Below are positions 45,276 to 57,177 of a stretch of 64,000 nucleotides of DNA, piece by piece (position 1 is the first letter of the stretch; the number at the start of each line of letters is the position of its first letter). This DNA is from the human T2T-CHM13v2.0 reference genome, Homo sapiens. Both the position numbers and the translations under genes were made by a program. Where the stretch lies: assembly GCF_009914755.1 (NCBI RefSeq), contig NC_060927.1. One strand, 5' to 3'. The notes under the pieces are model-generated. The model did no database searches. It was given only the letters and a program-made list of their open reading frames with translations, and was not told the DNA's origin.

Positions 45276-47124
45276 CATCTGGTTCATCTTGCTGCATCCT
45301 GCAGCTCCCCCCACTGAGCCGTGAGGATAATGCTCAGTGTTGTCTTAGACCAGCCTGTGGTGATGATCCTGGGCACTTGGGACACAAGCTCCCTGCCAAG
45401 CTGAGCAGTGGGGTTTAGGAGCTCTCTAGGTGAAGGGTATTCGGGTCTGAGTATCCTCACATCAACTGGAGGTGAGAAGTGCTGTGTGGTCTTGTGCAAG
45501 GCACTCACCCTCTCTGAGCCTCAGTTTCCTCAACTGTAAAATGAGGACAATCGTAGCAGAACACCTGCCCCTGGGAGGGTGTGAGATGGAGAATATAACA
45601 TAACAGGTGTCAAGCACAACAAGGCTCTTAGCAAACACCAGTTTCTCCCCGCCTTGTGGCAGTGAACCATGACCCCTGAAGCCCATGTTAGAGCCAGGAG
45701 TTGGGGTGGGGGGCATTGCAACTAAAGACCAGGGCTCCACCTCCTGTCCTGAGCCCCAATGTGGCTAGCAGAGCCACCAGACGGTGAGAGTGAATCCTGT
45801 GCCCAGCACTGCCCTACCAGATCTTACACCATCCTTGCAGCCAGCTGACTAGGCTGTGGTCAGCAAACCCATTTCACAGATGGGGAAACTGAGGGGCATT
45901 AGCAAGGTAAGGATTGAAACCCAGATCTGGCTCCACATCTTATGATTTCTCCCTTCTACCCATTAGCTGGGAGCACCATCAGGCCAGGATGGCTCATGGT
46001 GGCAGCCCCTATACCCCTGGCTGGGCAGAGGAGGTGCTGACAATTACTGGCTGAATGAATGAATAAAGGAAGGAACAAACCACACCTTCCCTGGCCTTAC
46101 TAAGATGCAATGAGGTGTTCTTCCAGAGGGAATTTTGGAGGGAACCAAGGGGAGATGAAAGGTACTCAGGAGTGGGGATTAGGTGGGACCCAGCAATAAC
46201 TAACTTGGAATGAACTAACCCAGAATAGCCAGACCTAGTTGGTTATTCACACTGCAATTTGGGCCTTTTTCAGTTTTTGTTCAAGTCTGATTATATCAAG
46301 GAAAAGGTCTTGGTTTGAGGCTAACATGTCTTTAATGACTGTAACATTTGTCACTGTCTCTTTTTAATAGAGAGAAGGTCTCAAACTCAGGGCTGTTGAC
46401 ATCAGCGTGCTAGAATGTACTGATAGCGCTTTGTTTTCTTTGTACTTGCCGTTACTTTCTGGTTTTGGCAAGTGCTACTGGTTTTCCATGTACAGTAATG
46501 ATGTAAAGCTTCCTTGATAAATGCATTGATTGAAGTCCTTTAAAAGTGAGTTAAAGACAAATGTGAAATAGGTGATAATCCAGATGCCACCAAAATGCCT
46601 GAAATTTGGGAAATGTCCAGCAGTGCCTTTGAAGACGAGGACCTGGTGGCCGAGTCAGGGCAGTCTTGCTTGGGGCACGGTGGTCAACGGCTATGCTGGC
46701 TCGGAGAAGGCGGGCCTGGGCCTTCCACCCCACTGGGTGGGCTTCCCACCCTGTCCTGTCCATTCTCACCTCTGACTGCCCAGGGCAGAGCTGTGAGGAG
46801 ACAGAGGAAATGTTTTTCTTCTTCAATTGGAAAAAATAACAGTGGGGCCAGGGTTGCGCTGGGAGGAGGGGGCTCCTGCCCTCCTGTCCCTTGGGCCTGG
46901 CCTCTGAGAACGTTTCCTTGCAGGAAATGCCCCTGCAAGGTTAATGCTTTAGAGCACCGCCTCAGCCACAGGAAGGTGCTGGAAACAAGAGTCCTAGGGA
47001 CGGCTTGGCAATCCAGCCATGGGCCTAGGTGGTGCCGGGAGCCATCACTGCTGCTTCTCGGGGGCTGGACCCGTCTCATTTCCCCGTGGGAGCAACCCTG
47101 CGGGGGGGGTCTTAGCAACCCCCC

Positions 47125-47527
47125 TTTTTTTTAAATTATACTTTAAGTTCTAGGGTACATGTGCACAACGTGCAGGTTTGTTACGTTTGTATACAGGTGC
47201 CATGTTGGTGTGCCGCACCTATTAACTCGTCATTTACATTAGGTATATCTCCTAATGCTATCCCTCCCCCTCCCCCCACCCCACGACAGGCCCCAGTGTG
47301 TGATATTCCCCATCCTGTGTCCAAGTGTTCTCATTGTTCAGTTCCCACCTATGAGTGAGAACATGCAGTGTTGGTTTTCTGTCCTTGCGATAGTTTGCTC
47401 AGAATGATGGTTTCCAGCTTCATCCATGTCCCTACAAAGGACATGAACTCATCCTTTTTTATGGCTGCATAGTATTCCATGGTGTATATGTGCCACATTT
47501 TCTTAATCCAGTCTATCATTGATGGAC
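47125..47527 (-). mobile_element. L1PA (primate L1) 3' end, 5'-truncated
   Basis: TTATACTTTAAGTTCTAGGGTACATGTGCACAACGTGCAGGTTTGTTAC; ORF2 C-terminal peptide WIKKMWHIYTMEYYAAIKKDEFMSFVGTWMKLETIILSKL. Confidence 0.95.
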
Positions 47528-50271
47528 CTTTGATCAACCCACTTTTGCAGATGGGGACACTTAAGGTCAGAGTGGTGTGCCACTGGCCTGCAGCTGCACA
47601 GCCTCCAGGCGTCCAGGCCCTGCTCTCAGCCGCTGCATCCCTGCGCCCCTTGCTTGGGGCTGAGAGGCCTGACCCTAACCATCTGCATGACCACGGCGGC
47701 GCCACTGCTTCTTGGTCCTCAGTTTCCGTATCTGGAAAGAGGAGCATGATCTGCCTCCGTGGGCCGCTGTGAGGATGGGGCATGTGTGTGTCATCATGAA
47801 GTGTGAAGTCTGCTGACTTCCTGCCCTAGAGCCTCAGCTCCCATGTGGGCTTCTCCAGCCTATCCTCTGAACCCCTCAGGAGGGCTCCCTCCACCCAGAT
47901 GATGATTATCAGGGAGATCACCTCCTTTAATCACCCACCCAAGGGTCTCGAGGGCCTGCGTGATCATTCCTTCCCCTCTCCTCCTGAGCACAGACACTTA
48001 AGGCTCAGAGAGGCCTAGAGGCCCACCCGAGGTCACACAGCAAACAGGTGGCAAAGTGAGCCCTGCCCCGCTGCCCCTCCACGCTGCATCTCCTGTCTTT
48101 GCCATCGTGCCCCACTAGTGTGGCTCGGGAGGGGCGGGCTGACCCTCCAGTGGTGGCACCGACAGGAGACAGTACCCCTCTTGACCGTGTTTCCAGACAG
48201 CAGTGCTGTGGCTTCTCCACTGTGGATGCCACTGGGGAAACCTCGAGGCTTTGCCACCCTTCACATTCTAGGGGCCCCTCCTGGCCCCTGAAGTGTTCCC
48301 TCTCTGCCTCTTCTGGAGGAGGAGGCGACCTTCCAGGTCTGGTTTCCGGGCCCAGGAGCGATGGCCTGCCCTGGCCCTCAAGCCCAGCCCCCAGGGTGGT
48401 TCCTCTCATCTCTGTGTCCCCGTGGGGCTGGAGGAAATGGTTCTCATTCCTGCATGTGAACGACGCCCTCTCCCGACTCTGGGCAGGTCCTTGCCCTCTG
48501 TGCTCAGGGGACTCATGGGCCGGGGTGGGGACCCGGAGCCCCGTGTGCTCACTGGGGGCGCCTGGCCTGCCGAGCCCCCGCATGGCCCCTTTGTGCTCTG
48601 TGAGTTGGATAATGGGCGGCATTCTCAGACGTCCAGTCATGGGTCTGGGCCCGTGAAAGGACCCGGGCAGCTCCACACTGAGGCCTCTGTCCAGCAGAAG
48701 CCTCAGAGGGGCAGGGCCGCCGCGGGGGCCCCCACCCACATTCCCTGGCTGCCATCTCCAGGCGACAACCGCCTGAGTGGGCTGGGAGGCAGGCGCTCCC
48801 TGCACAGACAGTAGGTGCTTAATGACCACATCCCCAATGACAGGAGCTACAAGGAGCAGGGAAAGCCGAGGGCTGATGAGGACTGGGCGTTGTGTGGGTT
48901 GAGCACCTTCTGTGTGTTAAACATTTGCCAGCCAGTCCTTATAAAAGCCATCAAACAGCTGTGCAGCTGACCCCATTTGATAGGTGCATAAATTGAGGCT
49001 CAGGAGATGAGGCCCTGGTCCTGGATTTGAACCGGTGTCTGTCTGACCATGACTAATCCAGTGGATGTTGAGTGAGAACCTACTGTTTGCCTTAGGGACA
49101 CAACAGTGACCACACCCCGTGGCAGGAGGGCTGAGGGAATACACAGGGGCAGATCAGACAGCCAGGCCAGCAGGAGCACATGGGGCAGGCTTATGGCCGT
49201 GTACAACGTCACTGAGAATCCAGGATGAAGGCCGTCTTCACAAGGGAGGGACTGTGAGGCCCACCTACAGAGGAGGGGACTGAGGCCCCACAGGAAGCAA
49301 CTTGCCTGGGGCCACCGAGCCGCCCAAGTTGGAGCTGGGATTTTCACTGAGGTCTGGCTGTTCCCTGTTCTCCAGGGGTGGAGCCCAGTGAGGGGCAGGT
49401 GGCACCCCAGTCGAGGCTGTGGAGTCATCATCCTGTGGCCCTGGATCTGGGTTCAGATCCCAGCCTCGTGCTGCCTGTGTGACAGGTGAGTCTCTTCCAC
49501 ACTCCAGGCCTCCATTCCCACACCTGTGTAATGGGTATGACAGCCACTGCCTCTGCAGACTGTGGGGATGAAATGAGGTCATCCCTGTAGGACATTTAGC
49601 CAGCCCCTGACTCATGGCAAATAGTCAGTGACATTTGCTTCCAATCATTGGAGGGGGAGGCGTTGCTGCTCCCACTATCCCCCAGCTCTGACTTCCCAGT
49701 GCTTCCCTGCCCTGCCCTCGGGATGGACGGAGCAGGCCTGGCTCGTGTTTTATCAGATGCACACAGGCCAGCTCTTCTGCCCCCGCCCCCGTCAGGGCTT
49801 CACATCAAGACCCTTCCTGCCCCCTCCAGACCTGCACCCTCCTCTGGACCTCAATTTCCTCTTCTGCAAAATGAGATGAGGCCTCTGGCTTCCAATAGAG
49901 TTGGCTGATCAAGTTTGGTCTTTGCTGACAGCAGGGGCTGGGTCTTTCCTCAGTGGCTCCCTGGAGTCTGTCACTTAGTGGGTGCTCCCCCAGGTACCTC
50001 AGCCTCCTCAGTGCCCCCCGACCCCCACCCCTGCAGAGCAAGTGCATGAGCTTATGCTTCATAGCAGGTACCAAAACAACGGACACTTCTAGTGCCCTTC
50101 TATGGGCTAGGCCCAGTTCTAAACACCTTGCATATATTAATGTATTTAAACCTCACAATAACCCTACCGTGAACATACCTATTTACAGGTAGGGAAACTG
50201 AGGCAGGAGGTGAGGTGACTTGCCTGAGGTCACCAGCTAGTACGTGGTAGAACCTGGATTCCAGATTCCTT

Positions 50272-50576
50272 GTTCTTTTTTTTTTTTTTTTTTTTTTTGA
50301 GACGGGGTCTTACTCTGTCGCCCAGGCTGGAGTTAAGTGGTGCGATCTCAGCTCTGCAACCTCTGCCTCCTGGGTGCAAGCGATTCTCCTGCCTCAGCCT
50401 CCCGAGTAGCTGGGATTACAGGCACACACCACCACGCCCGACTAATTTTTGTATTTTTAGTAGAGACAGGGTTTTGCCATGTTGGTCAGGCTGGTTTCGA
50501 ACTCCTGACCTCGTGATCTGCCTGCCTCGGCCTCCCAAAGTGCTGGGATTACAGGTGTGAGCCACCGCACCCGGCC
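50272..50576 (-). mobile_element. AluS element inserted in a MIR
   Basis: Full dimer antisense with long T tract; imperfect TSD around TGTTCTT. Confidence 0.93.
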
Positions 50577-51911
50577 TGAGTCCTGTTCTTAATGAACTTG
50601 AGTCTCCATGGCCCCAGGCCCCAGTGCCAATGGGCCCCAAGGGGTTCTCTTAAGTCTTGGGCTGGCACATACACCCCACTTCAGACCCGTTTCCACCCTG
50701 TAAGGCTTCCTGGCTCCCTTTATGCCCCAGTAAACTTCTGAGAACTGTTTTCTCACCTTCCATGCTTCCTGAGAGACCTGGCTGGGAATGAAGCCATCCT
50801 TGGAAGCCTCAGGGAGGCCGGGCAGGTGTGAGCTAAAATCCAGGTGAGCCTGCTTCCCGACCAGGCCTTTCCCTTCCAGTGGCCCCAACCTCACCACTTG
50901 GTTCCAGCCAACTCAGTGGGGACTGACAAGGCCCCACTCATCTTTTGAAACTGCTGCTGGGTCTGGAGAAGGAAGGGCTGCCTGCGGCAGGGTGAGTGCC
51001 TGTCACGAGTATGCAAGCTGCAGACCCTAGACATGGCCCCACCTCGGACCAGCTGCACGATTCTGAGAGCCCACTCCGACCAAGCACTTGCTGTGTGCCG
51101 AGCACACTCCACACTGGCACAATCCCAACCGCTCTAGGATGGGGCAGTGGAGGGGCCCTCACCCATACGGTCACACACAGGGCGTACAGGAGAGGCTGGC
51201 ATGGGTGAGCAGGGTCCCGGAATACTGTGGTCTTACTGGTCTGATGGCCTACATGAGCCCCTAGAGAGAACCCAGTGTCCAGAAAAGGTGTTTCCTCTCT
51301 TGTTTTCTGAGTGAACTTTTTGTATCCCTCAAGACCCAACCCAATTTCACCTTCTCTGGAAAGTCTTTCCTAGTGAACTCCTAGGCCTCCCTCAAGACCT
51401 AGTCTAAAGACCTTCTGAGAAGACTTCCTTGAGCCTCAAAGCAGTATTAGGAGTTCCTCCACCCACTTAGAGCTCCTCCTATCAAACCTCATATCACCCA
51501 GTGCAAGGGCACGTGACTTCCCCAGTGCACTGGGAGCGCTTCCAGGGTGGAACACACGATCACTACTAATAAATGTTGGGCTGGGCAGATGGCTGCCAGC
51601 ACCACCCCAGGACATGCCCCCCCAGCAGGCAGGATGGTCATGTTGGCTGCTGGAGACCCCCTCCCCGGGCAGTGCCAGGCAGATGCTGCCAAAGCGACCT
51701 CCCTGTCCCCACTGTCCATTGGCCCTACTGACTGCCCCTCATAAGAGCAGGCCACATCAGCCCTCCTGCACCTCCTGCCTCATCTGGGACACCCACTGGC
51801 CCCCAAGGTGACCGTTCACACCTGATTACTGGTGGAGTTCTGAGGGTCCTGTCCCTCATCTCATGACACACAAGCAAAACCCTGGGCGGAATAGAACACT
51901 GAGGGTCATTC

Positions 51912-51963
51912 TTCTCCCTCCCTCCCTCCCTCCCTCCCTTCTTCCTTCCTTTCTCCTTCCTTC
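51912..51963. repeat. (CCCT)n/(CCTT)n simple repeat
   Basis: Read directly. Confidence 0.8.
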
Positions 51964-54900
51964 AGAAAGAACCCTTAACTAAGCACCTACTATGTGCCAG
52001 GCACTGGGATATCATAGTGAGCCCACAAGCATGGTCCTTGTCTTCAGCCCTACCCCAGGGGGCAAATAATCTTTAACCAAATAACTCAAATAATTACACA
52101 ACCACAAAGAGCCACCCATCTTACAAAGGAGCCATACCAGGTGGTTCTGGAAAAGTTTCTCCCAAGGGGACTCCAGCCCATCTTCCTCGGGCCCCTGGGG
52201 CTGAGATCTGCAGGATGCAGCAGAGTCAGGAGGGTGAAGAGAGCCTTCCAGGCAGGGCACAGCAAGGGCGGAGCCCTGGAGGACAGAGGCCCGTGTGGGC
52301 AGAGCAGAGGAGGGTGAGAGGCGAGCAGAGGAGGGTGAGAGGCCAGCAGCAGGCTGGTGGAGGATCCAGGGCTCGTTCTTGGGGGTGTTAACTTTGAGAG
52401 GGTCCCAACCACCAGCCCAGCCTCTGGGCACAGGGGCTCCACTGGGTGCGGGTTCCCCTTGGCAGCCACCACAGGGATTGTTTATCTGTGCACGCTCACA
52501 GAAGTGGAAGCTGCCACCCCAGGCTGATGGCTCTGAAGGGGGAAGAACCTTCCCAGAGCTGTCCAGGAAGGGCAGGGGCCACAGCACATGGGCCGCAGCA
52601 CACTGGCCCAGCTCCCAGCCACCAAGAGAGAGGCATTAGGGGTCCCGCCCTGTAGTGAGCTTCTTGCACAGCCTGTACCAGCCTGTGAAAGCCCCTGTCT
52701 CAGGGATACCCCATTGTGTGTGTGCATGTGGGCATGAGGGGGTGGTCTGTGCAAAGATGGGGTGCCATGCATGTGAGGAGGGGTATAATGTGTGTTCGTG
52801 TGCATGGGGTGCATATTGGGGTCACATGCACACACATGGGAATTCCTGGTATGTGGTGGAGGTGGCTGTACAAGCCAAGGTCTGCATGGGCAACAGGCTG
52901 ATGGAGTGGACTTGCACGAGGGCTGTGGCTGGGAGCCAAGGCCTGCCGGGGCCCAGGGTCTGTGGTTCACGCTGGGGATTTGGGCCTTGGAGGCTATCGG
53001 GACCTTTTCTGTCAGGGCCTCTGACAGGTCCTGATGCCCTGTGGCTGAATGAGGGCTTCTTCATGAAACATGCGATTTTATAGTCAATCTCCAAGAGCCA
53101 GATCTCTGCTTTGGAGGCCTCGGCCTGACCTTGGGTGGCCCTGGATGATCCAGTCTCTGATCTGAGGTGGTCTAGCCTCCAACCTTGAGTGGTCCAGCTT
53201 CTGGCCTTGGGGGGATCAGCCCTTAAGCTAGGGCAGCCCAGCCTGTGAGTAACACTCACTCTGGATTTCCCTGGCCAGAGTCCTCTCTGCGGAGGAACTT
53301 GGGACCAGTTCTTTAGGGAGTTTTGGGTGACATCATCCCTCCTTACTCAAGAGCAGCCTTACGAGAACGACAGCTGGGTATCTCGGGATGAGCCACCCTC
53401 TTTCCCCTGTGGCTTCCCCTGTGACTTCCCCACTCCTACTTAGACTCTGAGTCCTGAAGGCCCAGAAGTCCCCGAGTCCCCTTGTCAGTGTGGGATTCAG
53501 TCCTACCAGGCCCCTGAACTTCCCTCCTGCCTTCTCCCCCTGGATAAGTCTCCTGGTGTCTCCAAGATTTGGATCTGGCTGCTCCTCTTCCAGGCAGCCT
53601 TCTCAGCTCTCACAGGCTGGGTTAGGCTTCCTCCTCCTCTACCCCCACAGTACCCTGGACTCCCACCATCCAAGCACCCACACCAGGTGATGCTGTCTCT
53701 GTTGCTCTGGCTCCTCTGCCAACCAGGAGGCATCTGAAGAGCTAAGTCTTTTGGGAACATACCTATGTCCCCCCATCACTAGGCAGAAGGTTAAACTCTA
53801 AGCAGGCTCACGAGAGTGAATGAACACATGAAGGAACAAATGAGAGAGGAGATGAATGAACGTCCTCCCAACATCTTCTGGGCTGGTGCCCACTCCTGTG
53901 TAGCCTCCAGGGCAGCCAACGGGGAGGCAGCTTTGACCTTCTCCCCTGGCCTCCTGCGGTATCCCCACCTGCCACTCACCCACCTGTCAGGGAAGGTGGC
54001 TACCCACACCCTGGCCCGAGAAGGGTTTGTGTCTCTAAAATACAGGTTTTCCAGGGAGGACGTGACTTAGCTGGGATGAGATGTACAGGACAGTCATGCC
54101 AGTCTCACCTCCATTCCCCCAGCTCACAGCCCCTGGCGGGCAGGAGGAGGCACTTTGGGGTCCCCATGCAACATAGGAGGCTGTGGAGCCAGAAGGATCT
54201 GGGTTCAAATCCAGCTTTGCCCCCTCTGCACGGTGGGACCTTGGACAGAGCCTTTTTCCCATCTGCAAGTCTGGGGTGAGGCTGCACCTTGGCGGCTCAC
54301 AGGAGCCCAGTCATCCCTGGCACAGCCCCCAGGGCATGGCCGAATCAAGACTACGAGGTCTGAGGTGGAAACATACTTTTGGAGTCAATGCAGCTAATGC
54401 TTCCTGAGGCCACTGTGAGGACCCTGACAGGCACCCTCAGTGAGATGGGGGCCGAGGAGGGTGCTGGGCTGGGAGCTGTTGTCTCAGCACATGGCGGGAG
54501 ATGCTGTGGGAGGGGGAGGCAGAGGCAGGAGACCCCAGGGAAGGCAGGTGAGACAACCATGAGGGTGGTCAGGCAGAGGAGGGCATCCTTTCACCAACAA
54601 GTCCTGCGGCCTTGGGGGTGGCAGCTCCTGGGGCCTTCTGAGCCCACGTCAGTGTCTTCCTCGATCCCTTGTAAGTTGTAGATGGTGTTCTGTCACCCGC
54701 GGCCTGCCGCCCACCCCAATGTGTGTCCCCCAAAATGTGAATGGGGGGCTGTGGCAGTGGCAGGGCTAGAGGCTCAAATGCAAGTAAGTGTCCTAAACCG
54801 AGGCTGAGATCCCCCACAGTCCCACCCTGCATGTCCCCAGTCCACCACCCCACCCAGCTGCCCAAGGCAGAACCCGGGAGGCACCTGGATGCCCCGTCCC

Positions 54901-56754
54901 TTCCTCCCACCTGTCCAGAGGTTGCTTCCCAATCACCCCTGCTTAGACTCTGAGTACTAAAGGCCCAGAAGTCCCCGAGTCCCCTAGTCAGTTTGTCCCT
55001 TTTAGCCCCAAGACTACTGTACCCGTCTGAGCCGTCACCTCCCGCCTGGACCTCCCCTCCCACTTCCTCTCTCTGCTGCCCTCCTCCCTTCCTCTCCTCA
55101 AATCACTTTTCCTGTGGGACATTTTCAAGCTGCAAATCTGGTTGTGTTGTTTTTCTCCAACTTCAAGTCCTGCAAACGCTCTCAGGGTAAAGCCAGCTCC
55201 CTTAGCCCAGGTTCCCATCTCCATGGCGGCCCCACCCACTCCAGTCATACCTGCGCTCCTACTGCCTCCCACCAGGCTTTCGTCATTACCGTCCCCCTCG
55301 CCTGCGACCACCTGTACTTCCCCCCAGCCCATAAACACCCCATGCATCCGGCTCAGCTCAAGGGTCCTCCGGCTGAGGGCTGCACCCCGCCTGCCCCGGT
55401 GGCTCAGCCGTCCTCATGTGCTCTGCACGGCAGCTGTGTCGTTTGATTAACGTCTGCAGATGGCACAGGGCAGGGTCCTCCTCTGTCCCGTCCACCGCTG
55501 GGACCTGAGGGCCAGACACTGCAGGCGGATGCTCCTCCACCTGTGAGCACAGGGTGGGGGTAGAGCCCCCGGCCTGTCCCACCATCCAGGGGAGGCTATT
55601 TCCAGCTCCCAGAAGTAGGAAGTGAGTCAGAACAGGGGCAGGCGGCCGCCGGCACTATGGGCGAGACGGCTGAGACCTGCACAGAAGGCTGGACCACCAC
55701 CCAGGGTGGCAGGAAGGAGGCCTAGAGGAAGAGGATAGGAGGGAAGACCCTCTCCCCAGCAAAACAGGCAGCCCTGTGGGGCCCCTGCGGAAGCCGGTTT
55801 CGTCAGCACAGATGCAGCCACCAGGCCCATTGTCCTGCCACACCTGGGGCCCACCAGGAACAGCCTCCAGCCCAAACCCTCCAACCCAGTGGACACCCGT
55901 CCTGGGCCACTGCACAGGCCGGGCCTGCTGTGATCTCATTCACTGTCCACATGAGCACATGAGCAGAGGCTCTCCCTGGCCCCGTTTTCCAGAAGGCCAA
56001 AGAGAGGCCTTGAACCCAGCTCTGTGTGGTCATGGAGATCTCTCTGGCTTCTAAGCCTCAGGGGGTACAGGAGGCCCAGGGGACTCCAAAACTGCTCCAG
56101 AGGCAGCCACCACCAAGTCTGGAGCAGGCTCAGGGAAGGGGGCACAGACCTGCCAGGCCAAGGTTCTAGTCCTGGCTCAGTCTCTATCTGAAAACAGGGC
56201 CAGCCAGGTTCCCCTTCCCCGCCAGGCCTCAATTTCCCCATCCTCACTCGAGAGGCTTGGCTGGGCAGACTGAGTCAAAGCCAGGGGCTGCCTGGGCAGG
56301 GGGCTCAGGGGAGTCTCTGGGGACCAGGGTCCCTCTTCTTCCCTGCATCACAACCCGGGGCTCCAGGGACCCCAAGGATAGAATTGGCCGGGCAGCAGGG
56401 GAGCAGCACCCAGGGAGCCTCCATCCCAGAAAAGAGGCGGTGCAGGCCAGCCACGGGCAGCCCAGCTCAGGGGCACCTTCACATCCTCAGCTGGACCCAT
56501 GTCACCACCACTGCTGCCTCTCCATTCTCACTTCCCTTTTGGTGCCAGAGCTGGGAAACCTCTGCCTCAAAAGGATCTGGGCTTGGATGGGCTGTGCAGC
56601 TAGATGGGCACCCTGAGGCCTGGCCACCGAGGGTGGGCAGACCCAGGACATGGGGCCAAGGAGAGGCAGAACCACACAGGACAGACCCACAGGAGCATTG
56701 TTGGGTTATGACCTCTAGTCTAGGGTAGGGCGGCTGGGGGGTGGTAGAGTTTGT

Positions 56755-56897
56755 TTTTAAATTTTTAAAAATTTTATGTAGAGACGGGGGTCTCGTGATG
56801 TTGCCCAGGCTGGTTTTAAACTCCTGGCCTCAAGTGATCCCCATCCTTGGCCTCTCAAGGTGCTGGGATTATAGGCGTGAGCCACTGCACCCAGCCA
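56755..56897 (-). mobile_element. FLAM / Alu left monomer
   Basis: GTAGAGACGGGGGTCTC...GCTGGGATTATAGGCGTGAGCCACTGCACCCAGCC. Confidence 0.85.
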
Positions 56898-56946
56898 GTT
56901 TTGAAGTTTTTCTTTTTTTGTGTCTGAATTTTCTAAGTTTTCCTCA

Positions 56947-57177
<231 letters not shown>

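Noticed and set aside
47349-47783. ORF with an L1 ORF2-like C-terminus
   Set aside because: Only the terminal remnant of a truncated L1PA; not a gene.
48005-48829. 274-aa minus-strand ORF upstream of PLXND1
   Set aside because: Composition matches random GC-rich translation; no splice, promoter or homology support.
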